IMG/VR virus record: IMGVR_UViG_3300020469_004256
Span: 5,590-69,589 of that record
Source: a virus
Length of the DNA: 64,000 nt
Direction: 5' to 3' (one strand)
In this document: positions 8,928-18,805 of the stretch, piece after piece
How positions within the stretch are numbered: position 1 is the first letter of the stretch
Layout of the letters: every line of letters starts with the position of its first letter
The notes under the pieces: model-generated
What the model saw: only the letters and a program-made list of their open reading frames with translations
Database searches by the model: none
Told to the model about the DNA's origin: nothing
Translations under genes and position numbers: made by a program

Positions 8928-10119
8928 ACTCTACAACTGTACAACCTTCTATTTGTGGACACTGCCTCCACGGATCAATAATATATGATCCTTGTGGAAA
9001 ATTATAATTTGCTGTGTCGTCTGTTCCATAAGTTACATTTGGGTTATGGGCCAACAAGTAAACTGCTGTACCTAAATCTTTAGGTGGATGATCGCCTGTG
9101 TGTTCATCTTGATAATATAAAGTTCTACCCGCTTTTTCAATATAGTGTCCAATTAGCAAACTGTATGATCCATTAGTGTATGGTACATGAGGTTTATATG
9201 CTTTGCCTACAATTACGATTGGTAAGTTATATGACATTAGTTTTTTAGCAAGATTTTCTGCTTGTACTTCTCTTGCACCCATGATAGCATCAAACAAATC
9301 ATAACCTAAGCCTAAATGGTCTGCCATCCATCTTAAAGCAATATTATCACGTGGGTGACAAGCACCACCGTCGCCCATACCTGCTGTCATATATTTTGGT
9401 CCCATAATACGCATATCAGAAAATGCAAGTGCTGACGTTACTACATCAACGTTAATATTTCCTTGTTTCTCTGCTACGTCTTGAATCATGTTTACCAAAC
9501 CAATCTTTGCTGAAATAAATGTGTTATAAAATATTTTAATTGATTCACATTCATCCCAAGTACCAACTACATATCTTGGATTGTTTTGCATCATTGGTTT
9601 GTAAAAATCTATAAGTTCTTTTGCATCACCAGTTTTTGATCCATCTTCTGTACCAATCATAATCATTTCTGGATTTACCATATCCCATTTAACTGAACCC
9701 ATTGCAATCAAGTAAGGATTATAAACAAAACGTGCATTTGTAATCAATGGCTCAAGCTCACGTCTTGTTGTGCCAGGCAACACAGTTGATATAAGAACTA
9801 CTAATTGTTTTTTATTAACAAATTGATTAACTTCTTGTAAGATGTTTTTTACAATTGTATAATCAAAATCTTTTGGTTCTAAATGTGCTGTTGGTGTTGA
9901 CCCATCATACCGTGGATCATGTGGTGTTGGTGCCGCAATAAAAACAATGTCTTTACCTTTAACTGTTTCTTGTATAGTTGATTGCATTTTAAAGTTTTCT
10001 GGCTTTCTTGGTTCCACATCGTAGCCTTCTACCATGTATTGCTGTGCCATGACTTCAGCACAATCTTGTCCTAATTTACCGCAACCAATCATTGCAACTT
10101 TTGTATCTTTTATTTTCAT
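8905..10119 (-). CDS. UDP-glucose/GDP-mannose 6-dehydrogenase family protein
   Basis: GCGKLG Rossmann motif, STVLPGTT, KIFYN, catalytic loop GDGGACHPRD, AYKP. Confidence 0.9.
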   Translation of the reverse strand: MKIKDTKVAMIGCGKLGQDCAEVMAQQYMVEGYDVEPRKPENFKMQSTIQETVKGKDIVFIAAPTPHDPRYDGSTPTAHLEPKDFDYTIVKNILQEVNQFVNKKQLVVLISTVLPGTTRRELEPLITNARFVYNPYLIAMGSVKWDMVNPEMIMIGTEDGSKTGDAKELIDFYKPMMQNNPRYVVGTWDECESIKIFYNTFISAKIGLVNMIQDVAEKQGNINVDVVTSALAFSDMRIMGPKYMTAGMGDGGACHPRDNIALRWMADHLGLGYDLFDAIMGAREVQAENLAKKLMSYNLPIVIVGKAYKPHVPYTNGSYSLLIGHYIEKAGRTLYYQDEHTGDHPPKDLGTAVYLLAHNPNVTYGTDDTANYNFPQGSYIIDPWRQCPQIEGCTVVEYGNTRKV

Positions 10120-11606
10120 GAATATACCCTCACTTTGTGTTGTTGTTCAAATGCATCTGCGTGTTGTCTAGTATTTACCAGTGGCTCGCCTTTGATGTTT
10201 AGGCTAGTGTTTAGTAATATTGGACAACCAGTTTGATCATAGAACTTTTTAATTAAATTATAAAATCCTGGTGCTTCTTTTTGTGTTACTGTTTGTACAC
10301 GAGAAGTACCATCAGCATGTATTATTGCTGGAAACTCTTGTGGCTTTCTACATATAGCAACTGCCTGCATGTAAGGAGATTCAGTAATGCCTCCTGGCAT
10401 TGTAAAGTACTCGTGTACATGTTCTTCGAGTATGGCAGGAGCAAAAGGTCTAAACTTTTGTCGTTTTTTAATATCATTTACTCTATCTTTGATTTCACCT
10501 CCCCTTGGGTCTGATAGTAATGATCTATTACCTAATGCTCTTGGGCCAAACTCTGCTCTACCACTTGCTACTCCAATAATGTTTCCATTTGTTAGAGCTT
10601 CGCAGGCAGTATCAACAGGATAGTTACCTTCAATATTTGTGCCTAAAAAAGGACCTTGCCAATTTAGTTTATCACCATAACCAAGTGCGGCCGCTCCTAA
10701 TGAGTTACCTGCGTCACCTGGATTAGGCATAATCCATATGTTTTGATTTTTAGTATACATTAATGAGTTGGCTACACAATTAAGTGCAACTCCGCCCATC
10801 CACACAATATTCTTTTGTGAACTGTAAGAACGTGCTATTTCAAACAGTGTAAGAATTTTCTTTTCAATAACCAATTGTATTGATGCCGCAACATCATATG
10901 AAAACTGATGATCAAGCAATGGCATATGAGCCATCCATTCTTCAATACCAGCATGTACGTTCATTTTTAATTTTAAAGGATCTTTTGTGTCAAAAAAGTC
11001 TTTTTCAATTTGCTCTGCATACTTTGGTTCTCCATATGCCGCCATACCCATTAAAATATATTCTTCTTCGTTTGCTTTCAATCCAACTCTCTGTGTAAAT
11101 GCTGAATACAATAAACCTAATGAGTGAGGATACTGATATGTTTTTAATCTTTTTAAATCGTTTGGTGCTGTGTATTCCCATATTGATATAGTGTCAAACT
11201 CTCCAATAGCATCAGCAACAATAACACAGGCACTGTTGTATGGTGATGTGTATGCTCCTGCGGCCGCATGTGCTTTGTGGTGCTCCACATATTCTAACTT
11301 ATGTGGTACCATATGTTGGAACTGTTTCATATACGTCTTTGGTAGATTACAACTTTGAAATACTTCTCCCCATTGCCCAGCAACCATTTGTCTGCGTTTC
11401 TTTAGCCAAGGTCTTTCGTGCCATATTACACGATCAGGCTCTCCATATTCTAATGCTTCATTAAGCATTTCATTACATAAGTTTGGATCATTTTTTATTC
11501 TTGTGTATCTTTCTGTGTGTCCAGCAAATACTATTTCGCCATCTTTGACTACTGATAAAGATCCATCATGTCCTAATCCACATATACCCCAAATTGTTTT
11601 ACTCAT
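10116..11606 (-). CDS. carbamoyltransferase (NodU/CmcH/TobZ family)
   Basis: GHD, ERYTRIK, EHHKAHA, GGVALNC, GRAEFGPRALGNRS, FRPFAP, LNTSLN. Confidence 0.95.
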   Translation of the reverse strand: MSKTIWGICGLGHDGSLSVVKDGEIVFAGHTERYTRIKNDPNLCNEMLNEALEYGEPDRVIWHERPWLKKRRQMVAGQWGEVFQSCNLPKTYMKQFQHMVPHKLEYVEHHKAHAAAGAYTSPYNSACVIVADAIGEFDTISIWEYTAPNDLKRLKTYQYPHSLGLLYSAFTQRVGLKANEEEYILMGMAAYGEPKYAEQIEKDFFDTKDPLKLKMNVHAGIEEWMAHMPLLDHQFSYDVAASIQLVIEKKILTLFEIARSYSSQKNIVWMGGVALNCVANSLMYTKNQNIWIMPNPGDAGNSLGAAALGYGDKLNWQGPFLGTNIEGNYPVDTACEALTNGNIIGVASGRAEFGPRALGNRSLLSDPRGGEIKDRVNDIKKRQKFRPFAPAILEEHVHEYFTMPGGITESPYMQAVAICRKPQEFPAIIHADGTSRVQTVTQKEAPGFYNLIKKFYDQTGCPILLNTSLNIKGEPLVNTRQHADAFEQQHKVRVYS

Positions 11607-12138
11607 TGTTATCCCTCGCACTTAATGATATAAATTTTACTTCTGCTTTATTTTCTATTACCCATTTTACAGTATCAACAATATTTTCACAAGATAATTT
11701 ATTACCATTGTATTCTTTATTGAATTTTGTATCAACATGACCTAAACCCAAAGTTGTGATTTTGCATTTGCGTTGTTGATTTTGTAATAATTCTGCTTGA
11801 GCATGTAGTGTCATTTTTTCTACAGGATATTGCCTGTGTACTACTTGCCAATCAACGTAAGGAACTGCATCAGTTCCAATGTTAATAATGTGTTTGTTGT
11901 CTTGGTCTTTCCACGCATCAAACATTGTGTTTAACATTTCAGTTTGATTAAAACCATTATGAGCATTGTTTATAAAAACGTCACAGTTCATTGCTTGATG
12001 TAATATCATAGTTCTGCCAGTCTGTGTTGAAATGTCATGACCAGTATTTCGACTACATCCAATTGAATTTGGAAATGCTTCGTAAATTGCTTTACCAATT
12101 CCACTTGTGTGTCCAGTTATTGCTATTTGTTTACTCAT
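11599..12138 (-). CDS. short, atypical SDR-family oxidoreductase
   Basis: TGHTSGIG, FINNA, YPVEK (YxxxK). Confidence 0.85.
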   Translation of the reverse strand: MSKQIAITGHTSGIGKAIYEAFPNSIGCSRNTGHDISTQTGRTMILHQAMNCDVFINNAHNGFNQTEMLNTMFDAWKDQDNKHIINIGTDAVPYVDWQVVHRQYPVEKMTLHAQAELLQNQQRKCKITTLGLGHVDTKFNKEYNGNKLSCENIVDTVKWVIENKAEVKFISLSARDNNE

Positions 12139-12421
12139 CTTTTGCTTCTACGTGTATACCTTTTACCCAATGATACCATTCATTAGATTTTGCTTTTGCT
12201 TCCTTGTGTAATGGATCAGTTCTCCAAGCATCAACATCTTCCAAAGTTTTCCAAGAACTGATTGTAATTTCAACATCATCTTTTTCTTCTGATACAAGGT
12301 CAATAAATCCTGGCATTGTTTCTGCTTTTTCTCTAACTCTTTTACTGTAGTCATAATATTCATTGTTAAAATTTTTTATCTTTGCTATAAAAAATACTTT
12401 AATCATCCAATCTCTTTTCAT
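12131..12421 (-). CDS. antibiotic biosynthesis monooxygenase (ABM)-like protein
   Basis: PGFI...ITISSW...AWR.DP.HKEAK...WY pattern. Confidence 0.8.
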   Translation of the reverse strand: MKRDWMIKVFFIAKIKNFNNEYYDYSKRVREKAETMPGFIDLVSEEKDDVEITISSWKTLEDVDAWRTDPLHKEAKAKSNEWYHWVKGIHVEAKDE

Positions 12422-13301
12422 ATGCTGGTGTAAGACATACTCTGTTTATTCCGTTTTCTCGTTTGAATCTATCCCATTGCTCATCATGTGTAGTTGCTAC
12501 CAAATAAGAATCACTAGGAGTAAGATCAAACTTCTCACAAATTTTCTTTTGTCGTTCACCGTACTCTTGTTTTTTAGCAAACACTGAACTGTTTATTGTT
12601 ACTGCCTTAAACACATCAATCATTGCATGATTAAAATATCCTACACCTTGCAACTCTTGTTGAATTAGTTCTGCTTCTCTAACAAATCTTACACCTGCTC
12701 TCAACAGTCCAAGCCCCCAAGGTTTAGAACAACTCCAAAACACTTCTTTTACATTTTCATATAGATTTATCTTATGAGGTCCTGTTGTTCCTACAAATGC
12801 TAAATCTAAGTATATAGGACATATCTGTCTTGAACCAACTTCGTCATATCTTCTATCAAAATTCCCTGTAGCACTAAATGGATTACTCATGTATAACGGA
12901 ACTCCTATTTGTAAATCACTAATTGTTCTAGCAATATTAATTGGCTTCTTAACAAATGTAGGATATCTATACTCTCCTTCAAACACTTGATAATTTTTAA
13001 CTTTGTTACACATCCAATCAATGCTTTCATGTATTCCGTTTGTTGGATACCCCCATCTTAATTCAGTTAGATCAACAAAAGGTTCTAAAAATGTACGTAT
13101 TTGATTTTGACAATTTTCCCAACGCACTCTTCTTTTTACAGATGGTGTTTTATCGTTTTCATTTGTACTTTCAATGTACGACCCATACGTGCTAGTTAAC
13201 ATGTTTCTTATTGTCATGTCAGTTGGCGAGTGTATTGCTTTACTTTTACCAAATACTTCGTTTGTTATTTTCATATCTACCTTTGCTTCATATATCTGCA
13301 T
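12399..13301 (-). CDS. divergent PLP-dependent fold-type I enzyme (aminotransferase/decarboxylase-like)
   Basis: SNP, YLDLAF, and SCSKPWGLGLLRAG Schiff-base Lys motif as in the HisC/CobD group. Confidence 0.75.
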   Translation of the reverse strand: MQIYEAKVDMKITNEVFGKSKAIHSPTDMTIRNMLTSTYGSYIESTNENDKTPSVKRRVRWENCQNQIRTFLEPFVDLTELRWGYPTNGIHESIDWMCNKVKNYQVFEGEYRYPTFVKKPINIARTISDLQIGVPLYMSNPFSATGNFDRRYDEVGSRQICPIYLDLAFVGTTGPHKINLYENVKEVFWSCSKPWGLGLLRAGVRFVREAELIQQELQGVGYFNHAMIDVFKAVTINSSVFAKKQEYGERQKKICEKFDLTPSDSYLVATTHDEQWDRFKRENGINRVCLTPAYEKRLDD

Positions 13302-13939
13302 ACTTCAACAATTGTTTGCTCATTTACATCAACATTAACAACTAGCCAATATGCAGGATCAGGTGTTGTGTTAAAAAGATAATGCATTTTAGCAGTATCA
13401 ACAAAATATAAAATTCCTTGTTGCCATTGTAAAACTTTGTCTTCTAATATAAATGTCATGCCAGGAGTGTCACAATTTCTCAACGGCATTATTAATCTAA
13501 ATGTATCAAGATTTAATTTATTTGATTGATAAAAATCATATTCATCCGGATGATCTCTATGTGGAGGAAAAAATCCACCTGTGTTTAATTTTAAAATATG
13601 TGTTCTAAATATATGTCCTTCAAATGGTGCTAAACATTTTTTTAATGATGGCCATTCCATTACTGGTGTTGGTGTTTTAAAATCTCTTTCAGTCCATGAT
13701 GTATTATTTTCTTTGTTGTATTCATACACACTATCTAAGTCTGGAATTCCTGTCATGCATCCATCTAAACTTGTGATGCTTAATCCTTGTCTAGGATAAT
13801 CTTTTCTTGGATTATATTTTACATAGTCAAACTGTTCTTCAGTCCAATCAATAAATTCAGGAGAATCCTTCATACGAAGTGTTAAAGGATAATGTGCTCC
13901 AAATGTTATTAGGTCTCTATATAAACTGTTTTTGTTCAT
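13277..13939 (-). CDS. Asp/Asn beta-hydroxylase-like Fe/2OG oxygenase
   Basis: RTHILKLNTGGFFPPHRD ... DTAKMHYLFN. Confidence 0.8.
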   Translation of the reverse strand: MNKNSLYRDLITFGAHYPLTLRMKDSPEFIDWTEEQFDYVKYNPRKDYPRQGLSITSLDGCMTGIPDLDSVYEYNKENNTSWTERDFKTPTPVMEWPSLKKCLAPFEGHIFRTHILKLNTGGFFPPHRDHPDEYDFYQSNKLNLDTFRLIMPLRNCDTPGMTFILEDKVLQWQQGILYFVDTAKMHYLFNTTPDPAYWLVVNVDVNEQTIVEVCRYMKQR

Positions 13940-15102
13940 ACGTATGTGTTATCTCCTGGCCATAACGGCATTTGTGTTCCTGGTGCTCTTTTTGGTATTT
14001 TAGAGTCAGCACTTGATACACAACTTTTTGAAATGCATTTTTGTGGCTTGTCAAATAATTTAAACCCTGTTTCAATATTTCCAAGAGGTTGATCATGACA
14101 ACTGTAACTACGTTTTATACTGCCATCTGGTTCTCTAATAATGATTGATCTATAACCTGAAGAACATTCCCATCCTTCAAACTTGTTGAAATTAAATGCA
14201 TTGAATCTTTCTGCTTGGTCCATAAAATGTGGATTTCCATCTTTATCTCTAAACTCAACTTGAAAATGTTGTGGAACTCCTTCCGAATATGTTTGTTTCT
14301 GCATTGTTCTGTTGTCATCTATTTTAAATGTTGGTTTAGGTCTTTGTACATGTTTATTTTTTTCTTCTGTGAACCCACGTTGTGGCATTCCGTTGTGTAA
14401 TTTTTCAAGCATTTCTTTTGAGTACCCATGGACAACTTCTGACGCTGTTGGATCTGATTGAGCCTTTAGTGTAACATTAATACCTCTATTGTGAAAATAT
14501 AATGATTCATCATACAATTCATCAAACCATTCCGGAACCATAACTTGGTTAATTGTAACTTGTACATCGTGTTCTTGTGCAAAACATAACTTATCGGCAA
14601 AGTCTGCTCTTTTTTCTTTTGAGTTAACATGCTCTCTATGATATGAAGCAGTAATACTAGCTCTGTGAAACGGTGCAACTGCTTTGACATATTGTTCAAA
14701 CCATTTCATATTTCTACTGCAATTACTTGTCATATGAACAGAAGTATAATTAGTATTTTTTGTATCATCAGCGAGATGCTGTAGAATATCAATATAACCA
14801 GGATGAAATGTAGGCTCTCCGCCAGAAAGTGAGAAATGGAAACTATTAAAGCCTCGCTGTCTCGCTTGTCTTTTGATTTCATCAATGGTAGCAAGACAAA
14901 GCTCAGTAGGTCTATGATCTTTTCTGTCACTCCTAGCATACGGCCAACAGTACGAACACCTATAGTTACAAAACCTACCAAGAAGCCAACTGACTGTAAA
15001 AAGATCCCTATAAAGCATAGTACGTTGTCCCACACGTACAAGATCAGAGTACGGAATTTGTGTAAAATCATATTCACTCCATTTTAAATCACTCATTGCC
15101 AA
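13936..15102 (-). CDS. radical SAM protein with C-terminal Cys cluster
   Basis: CNYRCSYC, SGGEP, TSN; C-terminal C..SC..CISKSC. Confidence 0.92.
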   Translation of the reverse strand: MAMSDLKWSEYDFTQIPYSDLVRVGQRTMLYRDLFTVSWLLGRFCNYRCSYCWPYARSDRKDHRPTELCLATIDEIKRQARQRGFNSFHFSLSGGEPTFHPGYIDILQHLADDTKNTNYTSVHMTSNCSRNMKWFEQYVKAVAPFHRASITASYHREHVNSKEKRADFADKLCFAQEHDVQVTINQVMVPEWFDELYDESLYFHNRGINVTLKAQSDPTASEVVHGYSKEMLEKLHNGMPQRGFTEEKNKHVQRPKPTFKIDDNRTMQKQTYSEGVPQHFQVEFRDKDGNPHFMDQAERFNAFNFNKFEGWECSSGYRSIIIREPDGSIKRSYSCHDQPLGNIETGFKLFDKPQKCISKSCVSSADSKIPKRAPGTQMPLWPGDNTYV

Positions 15103-16316
15103 TAGTCCTTAAATTCTGGATACACTTCTAAAAAATTAGTTTTGTTTAATCTATCCATAGTTTCAATATATTCCTTTGTTGATTTTGGCAACACATCATT
15201 GTTTATATCAGTATTATTCATATAGTCTAATACATAGTTTGACCATTTAATTATTTTGGCCAAACGATTCTCCTTGATATTTTCTAAACTTTCTATTTTA
15301 TTATAAACTCTTTTTGTTATAATGTCTTTCATTTTCTTTGGTATATATTGAATATTTAGAGCTTCTGGATATTGTACCAAACTACAATGAAAGGGGCAAT
15401 CTAAAGATATATAATAATCAATAATATCATCAAATCTAGAAATATTGTACAACGAAACTGTACATGTTGTTGTTAAATTAAAAACTTCTTGTGGTAATTT
15501 AGATTTTAATGTTGTTATATTATCTTCAACTGCTTGTAAATTACTTCCTGTTCTTAGATAACTGTGTATTTTTTTATCACCATCTAAACTTACACGACAA
15601 TTTATCTTTTTAAATTTACTCCAAAGGTCACTGATATGCCTATCCTTCAATACTATATTGTTTAAATTTGTATTGTATTCTAATGTGATATTGTGGGCAT
15701 ATGGTAATAGTTTTTCTAATGCATCATAGTGTTGTGGCTGTATCAAAGGCTCGCCGCCTGCTATAACTATTTCTTCTACTCTTGGTCCTATGTCATTTAC
15801 TACTTGATTAAATGTTTCTATGGGTAATTTTGCTATGCCTCTCCATGTGCTGGTTTCAGTTAGTTGATATTTGTCAAACAAACGTTTAACCTCATCATGT
15901 TTGTTTACTGCTACTGCCCAAGTTGAACTGTATATTGATGAACAATGTCTGCATCTTAGATCACACACATTACCAAAACGCAATTCAATTGTTTTAACGT
16001 TCATTGGTAGTTCACCATCATTTACTTCTTTTAACACTTGAGGAATATGCTTTTCATAATCTTGATTACACTGTTGCCTAGTTGATATAACATTTGCTTT
16101 TTCCATATCCCAACAACTTTTACAACCTTCATGCTGTATTCCGTTCATCAAGTTATTGCGTATTTTTTTATAATTGTCATTATTCCATATTTCTTTGAGT
16201 GTTTTATCTCCATAGTGTCCTAACGAATCATGATTACGCCAACAAGCACTTATAAAGCCTTTTGGCTTTAGGTTCATGTGTATGAACGGCATTATACAAA
16301 AAGTCTTACTCATCAA
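15093..16316 (-). CDS. radical SAM protein with N-terminal Twitch domain
   Basis: CIMPF..ACW..CKSC; CDLRCRHC; AGGEP; NTN. Confidence 0.92.
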   Translation of the reverse strand: MMSKTFCIMPFIHMNLKPKGFISACWRNHDSLGHYGDKTLKEIWNNDNYKKIRNNLMNGIQHEGCKSCWDMEKANVISTRQQCNQDYEKHIPQVLKEVNDGELPMNVKTIELRFGNVCDLRCRHCSSIYSSTWAVAVNKHDEVKRLFDKYQLTETSTWRGIAKLPIETFNQVVNDIGPRVEEIVIAGGEPLIQPQHYDALEKLLPYAHNITLEYNTNLNNIVLKDRHISDLWSKFKKINCRVSLDGDKKIHSYLRTGSNLQAVEDNITTLKSKLPQEVFNLTTTCTVSLYNISRFDDIIDYYISLDCPFHCSLVQYPEALNIQYIPKKMKDIITKRVYNKIESLENIKENRLAKIIKWSNYVLDYMNNTDINNDVLPKSTKEYIETMDRLNKTNFLEVYPEFKDYWQ

Positions 16317-17673
16317 TTATCTCTGCTAGTTCAGGAAATACTCCACGCCAGTCCTCGTTTCTTATGCTATCAAACAGTGCTGTTTTTTCATAGAATTCCT
16401 CTGTTAGTTTGTGTGTGTGTTTATTTTGTAATGCATTTTTTCTTAAATCTTTCCATGATGTATTATTAGATTCTATGCTAGATTGTAAAACTGTAATACA
16501 TTTATCGTATACTCTGCGTACAATGAGCTTTGTCGCTTCATTTTTTAATAGTGTATGCTTGTTATAAAATGGGTCAAACTCACCTTCTAATATTTGTAAT
16601 ATTCTTAATTTTGTGTTGTTTTTTTGATTAGCCACAGCAAGGTATTTAGGTGTTGACGCAATAGTTGGTTCAAAATTAAGTTTCCGCATACCAAGTTTTT
16701 CAATTGGAAAAAATTTTATCATCCATTCTAAAAATTCTTTGATATACAATACATTGTATATTGTAATTGTATGATTTATAGACAATCGTGTATTGTTATT
16801 TTCTTGACAGTATGTTAACCATTTTTTTGCAGATGATTCAACTTTACTCCAAACAGACCTTTTTCTTAAAAATTCTGCACGTTCTTTTATTCCATCTAAA
16901 CTTAATGTGATTTTTACATTTTTAAAGTTAACAAGCAACCTACGATAACCCACCTTTGGAAAAAATGAACAATTTGTAATTACTTCAATAGTGATATTTT
17001 TAGCCAAATCCCATTTCACAAGATTAGCAAGAAATGTTTGAAACTGGTCATTTAAGAACGGTTCTCCACCAGTGACTTTTACTCTTGTTAGATTTTTGAT
17101 AGTGTCTTTAGAAATGTCACTAAGATATTGATTTGTTTTTGGTAATTGTTTAACTCTGTTATACACACGTTCGTCACCACCATAAAAATTCTCAACTGCT
17201 TTTTTATTGTTGGCTAAATCTTCATCCCAGGTTGTTGATAAACTAGGGCCGCATGATCTACATTTTAAATTACAAAATCTTCCTGTTTGTATTTCTAAAA
17301 ATTGCAAAGTAGGTTGTGTATAATCTATTTGATCTTGACTGTAATACGATAATTCACAATCGTATTGGTCAGCGTTTTCGTGGTGCTGTAATGCACCTGT
17401 TCTCATAGATTCTATTCCTTTACTTTCATCATCATAACATCTCCAACAGGCTTTGATAGTTTCACCATTGAGTGATTTTTGCCTTACAGATTTCCACATG
17501 TTATCGTATCCTTCATTAAATGTTGTAGGATACATTTGATCTCCTTCAAGTTCTTGTCTTGCTAATTTTAAGTCAAATCTACAGCAAGGAACTATTTCTA
17601 ATCTTGGCATACTGGTTACAGCACCACGAAATAGATATGGACAATAAGTTTTGTTTTTTTTCAGATCAATCAT
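16306..17673 (-). CDS. radical SAM protein with N-terminal Twitch-like domain (likely start MIDLKK)
   Basis: CPYLF..PCC..CWRC; CNLKCRSC; TGGEP. Confidence 0.92.
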   Translation of the reverse strand: MIDLKKNKTYCPYLFRGAVTSMPRLEIVPCCRFDLKLARQELEGDQMYPTTFNEGYDNMWKSVRQKSLNGETIKACWRCYDDESKGIESMRTGALQHHENADQYDCELSYYSQDQIDYTQPTLQFLEIQTGRFCNLKCRSCGPSLSTTWDEDLANNKKAVENFYGGDERVYNRVKQLPKTNQYLSDISKDTIKNLTRVKVTGGEPFLNDQFQTFLANLVKWDLAKNITIEVITNCSFFPKVGYRRLLVNFKNVKITLSLDGIKERAEFLRKRSVWSKVESSAKKWLTYCQENNNTRLSINHTITIYNVLYIKEFLEWMIKFFPIEKLGMRKLNFEPTIASTPKYLAVANQKNNTKLRILQILEGEFDPFYNKHTLLKNEATKLIVRRVYDKCITVLQSSIESNNTSWKDLRKNALQNKHTHKLTEEFYEKTALFDSIRNEDWRGVFPELAEIIDE

Positions 17674-17786
17674 TATGTGTAGTATACAATAAAATTTTAA
17701 TAAAATCAATATAAACTGTGTATTTTATATTATTTATCTGTTGTTCTAATCAATAAATAGTAGTATAATAATGCTTTACAAGGATT

Positions 17787-18119
17787 ATGTATATGCCAAA
17801 CAAATGGTTATTTAAAACAGAAATAAAACATTCAAACATACACGGACAAGGAAGATTTGCATTAGAAAGCATTCCAATTGGTCGACAAGTTGTTGAACTC
17901 AAAGGTGCTATTGTTCCTAAAGAAGAAGCACCTGGAAAATTTCCAATAAGTCTTACTCATAACATGAATTGTGATGACAGTTATGTAAACCACAGTCAAG
18001 AACCTAATCTTGCATACGTTGGTGGAACTAGTTTTGTTTCTTGTGAAAAAATAAAAAAAGGTGACGAGTTAACTATGGACTATAGCCAATTTGCAGGCGA
18101 TCGTAAATTTTTATTTTAG
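17787..18119 (+). CDS. minimal SET-domain protein (putative lysine methyltransferase)
   Basis: SNIHGQGRFA, YVNHSQEPN, GDELTMDY. Confidence 0.88.
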   Translation: MYMPNKWLFKTEIKHSNIHGQGRFALESIPIGRQVVELKGAIVPKEEAPGKFPISLTHNMNCDDSYVNHSQEPNLAYVGGTSFVSCEKIKKGDELTMDYSQFAGDRKFLF

Positions 18120-18805
18120 TGTTTAAATCTTTTCTTCCATTCCATATTGGCAAAAGGCCAGCCAGTTATAACAACGCGACAACCTGATTTACCATCACGA
18201 ACCGGGTTAACATAATGAGCTGATCCTACTCTCATTAGTACACATGAATTTCTTTTTGGTCTTACTGCTAAAGGTCCTGCTAGGTAAGGTTCTTGATTTG
18301 ATTCTTTAACCATTTTTTCTTTAAACTGTTCCCAGTTACTTCTTTCAGTTGGATATGATTGAAAATGATCTTCTAACATGTATTCATTTGGCAATACCAA
18401 TTCGCCACCTTCTTCGTTTGTTAGATAGTTTATAAACACAAAATCTCCATATATGTCTTTGCGTTCTGTGTGTACATGATATACACTTTTTGGATTAAAT
18501 GTCTTTGTGCTAAACTGTAGTACATTCTTTTCATTTATGTCTTCTAATAATATTGGTTTGTGAACTTCTGATAGTACTTCATTTAGTTTATTAATTACTG
18601 CTACCACCACTGGTTTATCTTTGTGTATGTTATATTTTACATGATTGTAATTGTAATATGATTTACTAATAATATGTGGCTGTTCATTACCATCAAGCTC
18701 TTTGGTTTCAGATTGGCGTATATGCTCTAGTGTTTGATCCACTAGGCCTTCATCTATAAAGTTATCTGTATACCAAACTTCGTTAGTAATTAGTTCTTGC
18801 CACAT
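18116..18805 (-). CDS. 2OG-Fe(II) oxygenase (prolyl-hydroxylase-like)
   Basis: HVHTE, YL..EEGGEL, PKRN, AHYV, RVVITGW. Confidence 0.8.
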   Translation of the reverse strand: MWQELITNEVWYTDNFIDEGLVDQTLEHIRQSETKELDGNEQPHIISKSYYNYNHVKYNIHKDKPVVVAVINKLNEVLSEVHKPILLEDINEKNVLQFSTKTFNPKSVYHVHTERKDIYGDFVFINYLTNEEGGELVLPNEYMLEDHFQSYPTERSNWEQFKEKMVKESNQEPYLAGPLAVRPKRNSCVLMRVGSAHYVNPVRDGKSGCRVVITGWPFANMEWKKRFKH

